From the NCBI GenBank assembly GCA_024679065.1, contig JAGIQG010000013.1, positions 46,004,001 through 46,068,000 of the forward strand: a stretch of 64,000 nucleotides of DNA. Reading direction: 5' to 3'. This DNA is from Sphyrna mokarran. Its lineage: Eukaryota. Below, piece by piece: positions 36,785-50,700 of this stretch (the stretch's first letter is position 1; each line of letters begins with the position of its first letter). The notes beneath the pieces were generated by a model. That model was not told where the DNA came from. It saw only the letters and a program-made list of their open reading frames with translations, and did not search any database. Both the position numbers and the translations under genes were made by a program.

Positions 36785-39700
36785 ATCATGATTCCTCTCT
36801 CCTCTCAGTCACTCTTAAACTTCTTCCCATTATGCTAGACCTTCTAACAATCCACCTCTAGATGCCTTCCTTCTCCTCAGAGCTGACACCCATTAAACAT
36901 TGCCATACCCAGTCTCACCCTATCTTCTCTGGTTATCCAATGTCTACTTCCCCCTCCCTGAAACAACCCCATTTGCTTCTCTTGTTCAATCTTGTTGACG
37001 AGTTTGTATAACTTCACTTGAATGCCAGTCACAAAGTTTCCACAAAAGCAAAAGCATCTCAATGTCATGGAAGAGGTGAAGCTTTTATACCATTTATATA
37101 CATGTGTAAAACTAGACATTCTAAATTTTTGCAGGCGGAAAACTGATTTGGGAGAACAAACCTACTTTGGGTGTGGTTGCCTTTTAGTTAGCAAGCACAG
37201 GGTGCCAATGAATGCATATTGGGTTCTCAACCTACCTTTAAATTGCATTTATCAAAGTTGGGAAAACAAAACTCCAAAATAATCTCTTGCCAGCCAGGAA
37301 CTGACTTTTTCTAATCATGGCAAATTAATTGCCCCACCCACTACAATCTCCGCAGCTGGCAGAAACAGGAAATCCAGCCCAATGTCTTTAGCTTTTTTTG
37401 CCATTTTTAAGATGATTTCAGCTGATATTCAGATTTGCAAATAAATCAGAGCGGTGAGCATTTCATTTAAAAAACTGCATTTTGTTACATGCTTTTATTT
37501 TTCTCCTCAACTTTTCTGTTTTCTCTTCTGAAGGGTAATAAGTTATATGCTAGGGCTATACCTTCTCACGTGACAACAAGAATCAGACAGCTCACCTACA
37601 TGGCATTTCTTTGTACTTGAGAGTGGAAACTGAGAAGGCTACTTAAATCTCAGAACATTAAGCTGAAGCATATTCTGTCCACAAACTGCATCCAAGAATG
37701 AGAAACCCTGCTATCTTTCTCTTCTACTGAGCTCAAAAATAAAGCAGCTATTTATAGCAGATTTATTAACAAAGAACAAAACCAATCTGGGATCTGAAAT
37801 CACTACATGTTATATTCATTCAAGTTACTAGTGATTCTTTTGAAGATTACATATCTTCATGTATTTCGTGTTTTGATTCTCAGTTCAGAACAAGCTTTAC
37901 AATATCTTTATAATAATCAGCCATTTGATGGTAGATAGTGCCCTCACTAAAGTATTTTTGACAGGTATGATTAAATGATTTAGCCTGAGGCATAACATGA
38001 AACTGAGGTCTGCTCTCCTCTGCTGACTACATTCCAGCACACCTGACCACAAGTTAGCTTTCTCGTAAGATTGAATTGTGGCAGCTAGCAGTATAGTGAA
38101 AAAAGATGAAAGAATGAATAGAAGAAAATGGCCAAACTTGGTGTAAAGTATACATGTCATCTCTCCAAGATAGTTCCATTTGTAACCACTCAAGATATTC
38201 AATGCACATTTCTGGGTATTGAAAATCTCAGGTGATAATTGATATTCCTTGAATCTTTCCTTTATTCATTGTTTTTCTCTGCGAATATACACACTCTTTA
38301 GCTATAGAGTGTAGTGTGGTTTTGTGGGCACACAAATGGAAGATATCTAATTCTCTTAATGGACCTCTTTCATTACTGCCGCTTTCCACCACACTGTTTT
38401 CTCATTCTTTCTATTCCTCTGTGCAATATATCATTTCTTCTCTTTTATCACTTGCAATGACAATGTGTTTAATGGCTGTGAAAATTCACGAGGATGACAG
38501 CAGAAATTATAGTATTGCAGCGGCTCAAGAAGGCAGTTCACTGCCACATTCACAAGGGCAATTAGAGTTGGACAACAAATGCTGGCCTAGCCAGTGATGC
38601 CAACATCATGCAAATTATTTTTTTTTAAAAAAGAATGCTACATGCTTCTTAAAAGGTCCTGAATTTTATGTATTTTTTTCTTTTAGCACTTAAAGCCTTT
38701 TGTCAAATGATTTGTCAACAAAATGCAGCTTTGTTCCAAACACACTGATGAGGCTGTTTGATTTCCATAATTTGCAGTCTTCCTTTAGTATGGATAATAT
38801 CCCTGAAGCATTTGCCCGCTTTGGGAGTTGAACTCCTGATAATTGTTATAATCAGCAGATGCTTCCTTGATTTAATTTGGCCCTGGTTAAGTTATTGGTT
38901 TCCGAGCAAGCTGAAATTCCTCTACGGACATCTTGTTGTAATGCATGAATTACCTTTATGGGAATATTTTGGGTTAATTTATAATTCCAACTCAGCTTCA
39001 GAATGGGTCAAGTCACATGGGAAACCCTGTTGTCAGAACAATCATCTGGGACACTGATAGCAGGGGACCTCTGTAAAACATGGGAGTAATCAGCAGTTCA
39101 GCAACAGGATATGTGAAGCATGAATGACAGTATGGTGACTGCAGAGACATCAGCAGAGGAAGACTGACCCTGACAGTAACTCAAGAATGTAATAGCAAGT
39201 CTGCAAGCACCACTGAACAATGAAAGAAAGAGGATCAAACCCACTGAAAATTGCTTATGAAATTCCATCCTGGCAGTATCTAAGCTTTATAAAGACAATT
39301 TCTTGATAACATACTTGCAGTTAACTCCAGTCAAAAAAAGATGGAACTTCAGCTGGAGAAAATGATGGCAAAGGCGCTGATTTATAAATACATCAACAAG
39401 AAGAATGTTAAGTCCATTCTAAGCTACATAAACCTAAGAACACTTCTGCGATCGGAGTCTAACAACACAAATTGCAACTTTTGTTCGATGGTGCCCTTCA
39501 TGTGGTATCTCCAGTTTACATTCAGCCTTAATTTTTACAACCAATATTTTACATGGAAATCAGTGATTTAGTTTCCTCTCATCTTTCTAATTGAATTGAA
39601 ATTCATTCTAGTGATTAGCATCTCAAGATTAATCAGTAAAAAAAATCTTGGCTGTTGAATTGTGTCTGCAATCAGGAATCAGGTAAGTGAGGGCACTATT

Positions 39701-41354
39701 TTGAAGTGGAAGCAATGCTTCGTTTTCTCAACTGGCATACAAACATCCTATGTGACTGACCCACTCTCTTCTGCTACAACCTTTTAATGGAAGTGTAATC
39801 TAAATAATGACATGGTTCTTAATCAGAATTCATTACAAGTCGATCACGGTGAATGTTTTGTGGTTAACCATTAGCCATGTAAGTGGTGTTTGGTATTACA
39901 TAATGAAACCCCAATTCCCACATTCTCATTAATGCACCACTTTGTTCAGGAGAGCTGCACTTATTGCATTAGTTGTCAATTTATCTGTAAGATAGTTCAT
40001 GTCCAGCCTTCCTACAAGCAATGTGTTGCCTTATTAATTTCCCATTTTAATACTGCCCACACACAGCTTCAAAGCAATCAGCTTTACTAATTGTACAGTT
40101 TGAAGCAATGTTATTCTGAAGGAGAGGGCAAGGCTATTGGCATTTGGTAGATACTAAAATGGAATGATAATAAGATTAACAGAATAGTTTTGTTACTAAT
40201 GCATAATAACAATACTGGTCGAAGCTAGTGTAATGCATGTGCCAGGAACCAAAGAAAGTAAGCTATTACCAGACTCCATCTGGTAATAGCTATCTGGCAG
40301 TATCTTATCATAAACCAAGCAACAACACAGAGAAAAAGGCTCTGTTCAGGTTTTGAATGCCTGGCCCAACCTACACTCTGTCTACTGGAATCTCTATTCC
40401 ATCACCTAAAATGCTACTTCATCTCTGTGTGCCTACCACACTACAGAAATCATTTCTGTTGGAATGCTGGAAAAATGAATTATCCAGCATCAGTTTGCAG
40501 CTTGCCAACCTCTATGAAGGAGCACACATTGGACTTTGATTCTAGACTCATGTGAAAGAATAATCATTTTCTCTGTGGTCTTTGCTCTGTAAATCTCTTT
40601 TCCTCTGTCCCTCTCTATTATTGGACGGGTGAAAACTAATTTGTGTTGTGACTCTCTTCTCACATTTGAGTATGTGGAAATAAACTAATCCTGTGGAGTT
40701 CATCCCATCTCTAGTTTGCTGTGGGGTTATTAACAGAAATTGCATCATACCACAACCTAGGTGTTGGGAAATAAACCACATCTCATAAGAGGGGAAATTG
40801 AAATCAAAACACCTTTCTGTGTATGCTCAGATGGTGAAAAGAGAAATCAGAACCATTTAAATTAAACCCTCTTTTGTCCATTACATCTCTCAAATTTGCT
40901 AAATTGCTAAAATCTTCATACTGTTTTTCAGCAATTCTGTCTTTATACTGGAATCTACATTTAATATTTCATCAATCTTGAAATTTGGCCATAGCATTAC
41001 CTGTATTTAATGGGAAAGTAGCTGGGAATGACTGTTTTACTAAAGTTTTGTAGGACAGCAGCCACTTGGTCTGTCAATACCTAAAATCTATTAAAATGAG
41101 ATATGCAATGCATTATAGAGTAACTTAAATGATACATTTGCAAATACATATCCTCAAGAAAAATCTAATAGATTGGTCAATTCCATTTTCATAAAACCAA
41201 GCAGGCTCTGCTGAATCATATTTTGATTTTCTGCATGTCCCCTTGCCATTTCCTTAATAATGGTTTCAGCATTTTGCCAGGAAATGATGTAAAACTAATT
41301 GGCCCACAGCACCCCGTTTTCTCTTCTCTTGTCTTGAATAGCAGTGCTGCACTG

Positions 41355-41695
41355 GGCAGACATTGAGAGGCTGTTTCTCTTGGTCAGGGGAATCTGGAAC
41401 ATTGGGGAAGAATCTCAGATAAGGGATTGATTGTTTGGAACTGAAATGAAGAGAAATTACTCACAATATCATAAAGCTTTGTCATTTTCTACCTCAGAGA
41501 GTTGTCTATGGTCCATAGTCAGGAATCTTTAAAGCTGTGATAAGCGATTTTTGGTGTCTCAGGGTATTAAGGGATATGAGAACTGTGTGAGAAAGTTGAA
41601 TTGAGACATATGTTCAGCCATGACAATATTGAATGGCAAAGTAAGCTTGAGTGGCAGCACAATCTACTCATGCTCCTATTCCTTCTGTCCTTACT
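41355..41695 (+). mobile_element. CR1 3' fragment
   Basis: gagaggctgtttctcttgg..ggggaatc, aagggatatgag, tcagccatga..tgaatggc, tgctcctattcctt tail. Confidence 0.75.
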
Positions 41696-43039
41696 GGACC
41701 ATTCTAGGATCTAGGAAATTTTTCAAAGTCAACATAGCTCCACCTATTGGAACTCAAGATTGTGCACCAGAACTTTAAAAATCATAGATTAAATTGTAGT
41801 CAGTATATTGCAGTTGGTTCTAAATATCTTACTTTATTATAATAAATAGGTCAAGATCATGGAGAGAATAGTGAAGAGGCTTAGAGGACAATATCAGTAT
41901 TAAACATTGAGCAAGGTAGCAATATCACATTTTCTCAATAACATTTTTTCAAGTGGTACAACTTGGAGAGCAACCTTTGGGTCTTTGAGTGTGAGTGTGC
42001 TTTTCCTGGAGTGGCTGTACCATTTTCATATAAATAATCGTGAATACCATGGTCCTCACCATTACTTTGGCAGGAAAATCTAGGCCAATGCTTTCGTACG
42101 CAGGGATTTATTAGTATACCAGAAATAGTGGAGTGGAAGAAGAATTCATAATAACCCTTAAAAGGAAAATGAATAAATAATAGAAAAATAAGTAACAAAA
42201 TGGTACAGGGAAAGACCAAGGGAATGGGATTAAGTAGATATCTCTCTCAGAGAGCTGACACAGATGCAATATACCGATGACCTCTTTTGATGCTGTGAAG
42301 TTCCATAATTCACAATATAACGTCCCTTTCTCAAAATCATTTTCTCTCATAAATCCCATAGTTCTGATATATTTTCCATAATATTCATGTAATTTAAAAA
42401 TGGTGGATGTGAAGATTCCTCTTGTGGGGGAATCTAGCACTATGGAACATTGGTTAAAAATAAAGAACAGGATCATGGCAACATGGGTGCAAAACTTCAG
42501 AGGTGACATCTTGTTTTCAGATGTGACATCAAGAGATTCCCACCCAGCAAGGTTGGGCCCTTCAGGTAAATTAACTATCATTGCATGAAAGAATTTCCCA
42601 GCTGTATTTTCCTCCCAGATTGAATCCTCCCCTCTCATCGATGTGATGTCACATCAACAAAGTTTACAACATGTTTTTAAAAACAGAAACTGGGTGGAGG
42701 GACTCCTTAGTTTCCTGAAACTGCCAGAATGTAGTGCCAAGTTGTGACCCCTCTGGGGAGTTCCACTGAGCTGGGGTTTCTCTTGTCCTTGCGGAGGGGG
42801 ATTCCCCATCTCCATTGGCAATTTCTGCTTGAATGTGTGGAAGGGGTCTCCATGTATAGAGGTGTGTGGGAGGTGATCTCTGTTTTTTTTTATGGAGAGC
42901 GGGGAGCCCTTTAAGAACTATTATCTCAGAATTTCCATCATTACTGACTTTTTCTGGCTCCACATCACCAGCGTGACAACCTGAGCCACACCTGTGAATT
43001 GTTTTTGCATTGCTGCACAATGTGATGACAGAAGCTGGC

Positions 43040-43338
43040 TGTGCAGCAAGCTGGTTGGGCAGTGCTGTCTCACAGTACCAGGGACATGAGTTCAATTCCG
43101 GCCTCAGGTTACTATGTGGAGTTTGCACATTCTCCCCATGTGTACATGAGTGTCTTCCAGATGCTCCCACAGTCCAATGATGGACAGATTAGGTTGATTG
43201 CCCATGCTAGATTGACACTAGTGTCAGAAGGATTAGCAGGATAAATATGTGGGGTAATGGAAACAAGGCCTGGTGGGATTGAGGTCAGTGCAGACCTGAT
43301 GGGCCAAATGTCCTCCTCTTGCACGGTAAGGATTCTAC
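43040..43338 (+). mobile_element. HE1-type SINE
   Basis: gagttcaattccggcc B-box-like; tgtggagtttgcacattctcccc core; tail gcacggtaaggattct. Confidence 0.9.
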
Positions 43339-43424
43339 AATTCAATGGTTTTCTCACATCAGCCAGCACTCTGTGCAGAAAAGTGGAACTTCCGCTCATG
43401 GGGTCACTCATTTAAGACATAGAT

Positions 43425-43680
43425 CAGGAGAAATTCATTATCTTCAGAGTTTTTAGAGTGTTTGGAATTTTCTTCCTCAAAAGGTATTGGAAGCAGGGTC
43501 TTTGAATATTCTTAAGACAAAGGTGGATAGATTCTTAATAACTAACCAGATAAAAGGCTATATGGTATAGGTAGGATAATGAAGTTGATCTTGCAATCAA
43601 ATCAGTCATGGTCATATTAAGTGGTGGAACATGCTTGAGGAGCCGAGTAGACTACTATTCCTAATTTGTATTTTCCTTTG
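43425..43680 (+). mobile_element. CR1 3' fragment
   Basis: tttggaattttcttcctcaaaagg, tttgaatattcttaag..gatagattctt, ctactattcctaatttgta. Confidence 0.7.
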
Positions 43681-44411
43681 TTTGTATAATGGAAGGTCCG
43701 GAACTGCATTTTAATTAACTAGCAATGGACTACTTGTGAGTTCAACATTATTATCTTGCTGTTTCTGTAAATTATATTCTCAAATTGGTTCATACAATCA
43801 TAGAATCATATCATTCAGAAGAGGCCCATCGAGTTTGCACCGACAAGTGAAAAACACTTGACCTCCCACCTAATCCCATTTACCAGTGCTTGGCCAATAG
43901 CCTTGAATGCTATAACATGCCAAGTGCTCATCCAGATACTTTGTAAGGATGTGAGTCAACCATCTAAGTTGGTGTTGATTGACTATTCTCCTTTGAAGTG
44001 CACTGGGATGTCTTAATATGTTAAAAGTGCTATATAAATTCAAGTCGTTGTTATTTAATTCCATTAAGTTTTTGTTATCTTTTTGTATCTGCATGGCTAT
44101 CTTTAAACTTCTGTGTATCTGCAATCTATGTGTTTCTCTCACTTCTAGTCTGAGCTTTTATGTATACTTTCTTTCCGTTTTTCTTTTTATATAAAGTATC
44201 ACACATTTTCCTGCATTAGTTTATAACTGCTATCTATCTGCGCAAACTGACAGAGGTGTAACTATAGATTCCTGAAACAAATAATGGCCACATCTAGTCA
44301 ATGCAAAGGAACAACCATTTACTTCTAAGCTCTCTTTTTAACAAGCTCACATTCTCTTAACATGTTCACATTCAATGCAGTTGCATCAATACCATGTGCT
44401 TTGATTTTTGG

Positions 44412-44611
44412 TGTGAAGTTGCTATCGTTGGACTGGGGTAGGCACAGTAAGTAGTCTCAAAACACCAGGTTAAAAGCCAACAGGTTTATTTGATAGCATG
44501 AACTTTTGAAGCATTTCCCCTTTATCTCTCCTGATAAAGGGGCAACATTCCAAAACCTTGTGCTATCAAATAAACTGTTGAAATTTAACTGGTGTTGTGA
44601 GACTACTTACT
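44412..44611. mobile_element. Palindromic pair of Penelope terminal fragments
   Basis: 44447-44526 and 44533-44610 are inverted copies homologous to the Penelope 3' end at 53150-53240. Confidence 0.8.
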
Positions 44612-45145
44612 TTGATTTTTGTAATGTCTCTTATGTGACGCTTTATCAACACTTGCTGAACATCCATATAAGCCAATACCCACCACACTTCCTATAGCAA
44701 CAGTGCTACTTTCTTTATTCACTGAAACTTGTCAAAGGAAAACTGTTATTCATTGCTGACTGCCTGTGATTATCCGAACAAAAACCTAGAATTAAATCTT
44801 ATGAAGAATAATCTGGAGCTCAGTAAGTCCATGCTGTCAGAACATGCAGCTGCACTTATACATTGAAGTTCACTGAAAATGTTTTGGACCCCACTTTTTT
44901 TTTTACTTTGGTTGATGGTCTATTCACAGGGAAAGATTTGGTGCAATAACCTTTTGAAAGAGCTTCCCTGTGACAGCAGCTTCCAGAAAGTCTTGTTTTG
45001 AAGATCTTTTGAGCTTTCTTTCATTTTATGTTGGCTTTGCTGCATTTTGTTCCATGCATTAGTTAATTTTGTCAACTGGATCTCCACTTTTATTTTGTCT
45101 ACCAGCACTAATTTGTACACATGCCTGCTGCTGCCTTGATATTGT

Positions 45146-45662
45146 GGGGGTGATCTTACCATTGCGCCTCTCTGGTCAATGGGCAGCGTGAGCTGATAAG
45201 ATCGCAAGTGAGCTAGAAAATCAGGTTTGCACCTGAGTTTCTTGCTTCTCGTGATCTTACTAGCTCTAGGTATCTGGCAAATCAGTCACATGAACAAGGG
45301 GGCTGATCTCAATATTTAAATAGCATTTAAATCAGTTTCAGAGCCTTGCAGTAGTGTGCATGTGTGTGCGTGTGTGTGTGGCAGAGGGAACAAAGGCAGG
45401 ACAGTTGTAACTAGCGGAGGCAGAGACTGATCTCTGTGCTCTGACAGTTCAGAAATCTGCACATGCGTAATTGCGTTGTCTGCTGCTATCAGTCAGTTTT
45501 TAGGTCGTGCCCACTTCCCCTACTGTCAGATTTCAAGTTTTGCCTCATATTTTTGCCTAAGTCAGTTAAGATTAGATTTTTAAGTCACCCAAAATAACTG
45601 CGCAAATCTCTCCCATTTTCACATTCATTTGACACTGAGAATTTTTTTCATAAGATCGCCCT
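45146..45662. mobile_element. MITE (Harbinger-like)
   Basis: gggtgatctta ... taagatcgccc TIR. Confidence 0.75.
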
Positions 45663-46514
45663 TTATTAGGTTATTGTTAATATTATTTTAGGAGTTTCCA
45701 AACGGACTGCAGAATTGAAATAAAGGCAGCATTGGTTGGACTTTTAATTCATGTGGGCTTTATGGGCTAGGCCAGCATTTATTATCCATCCCTAATTGCC
45801 CTCGAGAAAGTGGTGCTGAGCTGCCTTCTTGATCCATCGCAATCCATGTGGTTTGGAGAGAGTGTTTCAGGATTTTGATCCAGTTGGACTGGTTCCACAG
45901 TTTTTGCCAAATGGCTAGATAACTCTGAATATGAAAAGTCATTAAAGATGCCAGTGTGGGAACCTGAGGTCTTTTTGCACTGCATTAACATTCAAGACAC
46001 AACATTTTAATTATGCAAAACAGCAGCTCTTATCTAGGAAGAACAATTACACCTTCATTGTATGCATTCCTTGATGCTCACATTATTTGACAGCAAAACA
46101 ATGATTGGTGGATGACTCTTAAGAGATTAGATCTAAAGCTATGGCTGCTGAAACTGTGTAGATTTTCTCTGAAGCAAAGGAAGTCTTATCTTGCAAGAAA
46201 TTAGGCCACAGAATTTAGGCAGCATCAAAGAGCTTGATGAAAGAACATGGGTTGCAAATAAAGTTCGAAATGGATGATGCAGTCATTTCCATTGTAAATT
46301 GGGCTCACAAGTAATGTTTGCAGAAATGAGAAATACATTCAACGTCATTGAGTACCCTGCATCAATGTATTTTCTCTTTATTTTGTGTTAGTTATGAAGG
46401 ATGTGGGTAATCTGATTGACATATGATGCTACAATGATGCAGAAAAAACATGGAAGTATGCACAGAAATATTGGACTTCAACGAGACCCGAGTTTATATT
46501 TTTTAAAAATGGCG

Positions 46515-46743
46515 CTGGTGCGTGATGATTTCTTGCAAGCTGCGGCCAACATACCCTCGAATTCTATTGTTTACTCTCATGCCATGCTTTTAAAACTCTA
46601 CCCTAACTCTGTCAACAATATAATTTGCACCCTCTGCTTTCTTCCTCTATGTATAGTATTCTTTGTCTGTAATAGCATGCAAGAAACAATACTCTTCATT
46701 GTATATTAATACCTGTGAAAATAATAAATCAAATGAAATCAAA
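46515..46743 (+). mobile_element. Short non-LTR derivative (Rex-Babar-like tail)
   Basis: aaaatggcgctggtgcg start; 3' end aataataaatcaaatgaaatcaaa. Confidence 0.45.
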
Positions 46744-47241
46744 CCCTGAAATTGATTGAGAATGTAGTTAGTTACTGCCAGAAATGACTGCAGGATGTTT
46801 CTCTAAGCAATAATGGAATTATATCTTGTCTCCAGACAAGGTACTTCTAAAAACATCCAAAGATTGATTATGATCCCTAGTAGAGACAGATGAATATAAT
46901 GACTATTTCATCTTAAAAACCTTGGGTGTGTTTGTCTAGATGGTCTGTGTATTGCGGGTTTCCAACGCATGCCTGTGTCTGTCTATCAATCTATCTGTGT
47001 ATGCTGAGAATATCGGCAGATGCAAGTTTTCCATTCTGAAAGTGTGCGGTTCAGTGATAGACATAGTCACTTTGCAAAATGAAACTAGCCATCTTTTGCA
47101 GGGATATCTCAAAACTCTCTCTCTGACTGGGGAAGTTAACCCAAGCAGTAAAATGAGCATAGCTGAAAACTAACTGAAATTTAGCTGCCAAACTACCGAA
47201 AACAGAAATTGAAGAACCAACTATTTGCCTGCAAAAACCAA

Positions 47242-47837
47242 GGCCACAATTCTCCCATCAGCTGCTTTAACTTTTTTAGCACAGTGGGCCAAGAGATTCT
47301 CGTGTCAATTGATTCATGGGGTTCGTGCATGCATTCCCGTCCCAATAGTATCTCCCAGTGCCAGATTTCTAGTGGCGTCAGTTTCGCGCTGGAAATTGGC
47401 AGACAGGCACTAAGACCATTTAAATCAAAAGAGAAAATGATGGAAAATTTCAGCAGGTCTGGCAGCAGTTGTAAGGAGAGAAAAAAGCAGGTTTTGGGTC
47501 CAGGTGACCCTTTGTCAAAGTGTGATTAATGGTCAATTAAGACCATTTAAATAGTCATTTAAATATAATTAAAATTTCATTAGAGAGTCCAGGACCGAAA
47601 TCTCAGCGCTGACAGATCAGCATTTGTGCAGTGGCCCACTTAGTATTATGCTGCCAACCTCCTGGACAGGGATAGGCCCTGCCCCCTGATTTTTTTAATG
47701 ATATACAAGCTAGTGACCTCTGCAGTGTACAGAGTGTCGGAAATTCTTCTCTGAACTCCCACTCAAAAACCAGTATGAATTATTCCGGTTTTCATATGAA
47801 TTCAACACAAAGGATTTTGGGGGGAGAATTCCAGCCC
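47242..47837. mobile_element. MITE (Harbinger-like) with a nested Penelope-terminal-type fragment at ~47430-47520
   Basis: ggccacaattctccc ... gggagaattccagccc; nested piece similar to 36640-36740. Confidence 0.7.
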
Positions 47838-47839
47838 AA

Positions 47840-48247
47840 CTTTATTCTTGCAGAAGTCAACTAGATTGGAATCAAATGATAAAAGCAGCATGCTTCATCA
47901 TCATTTCCTCTCAAATCAAGGACTGTTCAACATAACTTTTTATGTCTATTGACTTACAATTGGACACTCAATTCTTACTTCTAATCTGGATGAATATATA
48001 CGCATACACTTGAGCATTCCTTCTTTCCTTTTTAGTAGTTAATAAACTTATTCTATGTTAGCTCAAGAGAGCCTGGCTAAATTGTCTCATTTTTAAACAT
48101 AGATATTGGGTTTGGAAGAGGCATCCAAGGGAACCTAGTTAAATTAAATCTTTATTGCTGCCAGCAGAGGGCAGGGTGAGTAAAGACAAGAAGCCAATCA
48201 TCCTTCCTCACCCAGGTTTGTAACAATTTTGGGGGTTATCCCATTTG
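47840..48247 (+). mobile_element. LTR 3' part followed by a tRNA-Pro-like primer binding site
   Basis: AATAAA at 48041; ends tgtaaca (48225), then tgggggttatcc (cf. TGGGGGCTCGTCC). Confidence 0.65.
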
Positions 48248-48344
48248 GATGGTGACAAACTGAGAGGTCTCACCCAGATCAACAAAATTGAAAAACCACT
48301 ATGTAAGAAACGAGAAAGAGAGAAAGCAATAAACCAATTAGGTT

Positions 48345-48660
48345 AGGTTTGTCAGTCGGAAAAGGCTAGAGATAGCAAGAGGACATTTAGAACACAATAG
48401 CATAATTAGGGAGAGTCAACATGATTTTGTGAAAGGGAAATCGTGCCTTAGAGTTCTCTGAGAATGTAACAAGCAGAGTGGATAAGGGGCAACAAGAGGA
48501 TGTATGTAGCACTAGATTTTCAGAAAGCTTTCAATAAGGTGCCACATTAAAGTTTATTGCATAAGGTCAAAGCTCATGGTGTTAGGGATGATATATCAAT
48601 GTGGATGGAGAATTGGCTAATCAACAGGAAACAGATAGTAAGGTTAAACAGATCATTTTG
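48345..48660 (+). mobile_element. CR1 RT fragment
   Basis: IRESQHDFVKGKSCL, VDKG, LDFQKAFNKVPH, WMENWL..RKQ. Confidence 0.85.
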
Positions 48661-48674
48661 TGTCTGTTGCAATT

Positions 48675-49185
48675 GTCTTTCTAGATGGTAGCAGATATAA
48701 TTTTGGAAGCTGCTGTCTCAGGAGCCTTGGTGAATTCCTGCAGGGCATCTTGTAGATGGTACACACAGCTGCCATTATGCATTGGTGATGCTAGGAATAA
48801 ATGTTTTGTGGATGGGTGCCAATTGAGTGGGATGCTTTGTCCTGCATGGTGTTGAGCTTCTTCAGTATTGTTGGAACTGCACACATTCCAGCAAATTAAG
48901 GATATTCTATCACATTCTTTTCTTGTGCCTTGTAGGTGGACAGACTTTGGAGAGTCAGGGGTGAGTTACTTGCCACAGGTTTCCTAGCCTCTGACCTGAT
49001 CTTGTAGCCACAGCAGTCAGCTCTGTTTCTGGTCAATGGTAATCCCCAGAATATTGATAGTAGGGGATTTAATGATGATTATGCCATTGGATGTCACGGG
49101 GAGATGGCTAAATTCTGTCATGTTGGAGATGGTCATTGTCTGGCATTTACATAGTGTGGATATTACTTGCACTTGTCAGTCCAAG
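48675..49185 (-). mobile_element. CR1-clade 3' fragment
   Basis: Same family as 51065-51535 and 62600-63130 (tagatggtacacacagctgcca, gtgagttacttgccacagg). Confidence 0.8.
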
Positions 49186-49519
49186 CTTTTGAATGGTTGT
49201 TCCTTAACCAGGGGAAATAAAGTGCTCTAACTTCAAAATACTGCTTACATTTTGCATGTTAGGTGACAGCTAAGTAGCTATCAAATCACTAAAAATTGAT
49301 GTTTAAAACATTCTTAGTCTATCAATTGTTTCACCCAAAATTCTACTTAAGTTTGTTTCCAAAAGCTTTGTGTCTGAATTGCGCAATCTGACTTGATGGA
49401 AAGCTGAAACAGCTTCCCAATGACATAAACTGAATAGTTGGCCTAATTGTGCTTTGCAGTACAAAAAGAAGGATTTATTAAACCTGTGTCTGCCATTGGG
49501 GAATATAATTGCTAATATG

Positions 49520-50700
49520 TCATGGATGAGAAAGATGACCTACATAGCTCGTGTACACCATTCTGCAGGACTTTCCAGGCACTTCAATATTAAACAAATC
49601 CTCAGTGTTGCACTCACAGGTGCCAGACTAGATGGAATCAGCAATACTTTTTTTGGATTGACAAATCAATACATCTTTTTTTCTCCCTCCGCTGATTTAG
49701 TCAAACGCATGTTTGGAAGATACCTTGTCCTTGTCTTCAGAGATTATCATATCAATTTGGTGATATCTCTTCCATGTAGCAACTGACAGTGATAGACAGA
49801 TGTTAATTAAACAGCACAGCATAAAGAAGACTAAACTGGTTTATATCATCTAAGAGTTAAATCAATGACAATTTTTTTGTTACCTCAAAGATCCTTTGAT
49901 GTCATAGTCAGGGTTACTATTGTTCATGCTTTTCATTTGGAGTTTGCAACAATTCACAAGTCCAGATCAGGTTCAACCACTTGTTTGTTTTGGATTATTG
50001 AGTTGTTCATTCTACAATGCAATCTGTCTCTCAACATTCCATCCATGTTATGCCAATTTCAGCTATTGACCAAAAATTCTTTAATGTATTCCTCAGGAGT
50101 TCATTCTGTTGTATCAAAACAATACTCGAGTATGACAAAGTCCTTTGGGTCAAAGTGGTTGTTAACAAAATCTACAAGTTCACTGAATGTCTTTGAATCA
50201 GGCATACCTAGGTAAGTCAAGCTTTTTATTATGCTTAATGTTGGGGTCCCACATGTTGAGGAAGATTACTTTCTGTCTTTTACCTTCCTCACTCTTATTT
50301 GCCCAGAAGTAGTAGCACATGTGCTCTATGGCATTTTTGTTTCTTTTCTTGCCAGAGAGGAAACATGCTTTCTGCCCATTGATGATGGTTAGAGGAATAG
50401 AAGAAGAAAAAGCATCTTTTTCACCTTTGTCGCCTATTTAATAATCTCACAAAGGACTGTCCTCTGGTACAACACTGCTTTATTAGAACAAAAGGTGACA
50501 TCCACGGCTTACACAAATCAACACCTGTACTTTGGACCTCCATAACCCTGGTCCAGGGTGTGAGCGCACATTTTAAACACCCATCATTCGTCTCCATCGG
50601 TTGAGCTCCCACTTGCTCAAAAGGGTAACTCATATTTCACGAAGCCTGTGGGGAGATCGATTAATAATGCTTCATATCCTTCATGGCCACTATAACAGAA
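49520..50700 (-). mobile_element. Deleted Gypsy element: LTR, PBS, gag remnant, integrase tail
   Basis: Minus-strand gag IEHMCYYFWAN..KVIFL..IIKSLTY.GMPDSKTFSELVDFVNNHFDPK..MLRDRL..IQNKQVVEPDLDL; PBS-like taggcgacaaagg (cf. TGGCGACGAGG, tRNA-Ser) at ~50424-50436; AATAAA in the LTR. Confidence 0.85.

Noticed and set aside
37897-38202. 101-aa minus-strand ORF with a signal-peptide-like hydrophobic stretch
   Set aside because: Hydrophobicity reflects T-rich composition; no homology or gene context.
49865-50215. 116-aa plus-strand ORF
   Set aside because: Antisense shadow of the Gypsy gag remnant.
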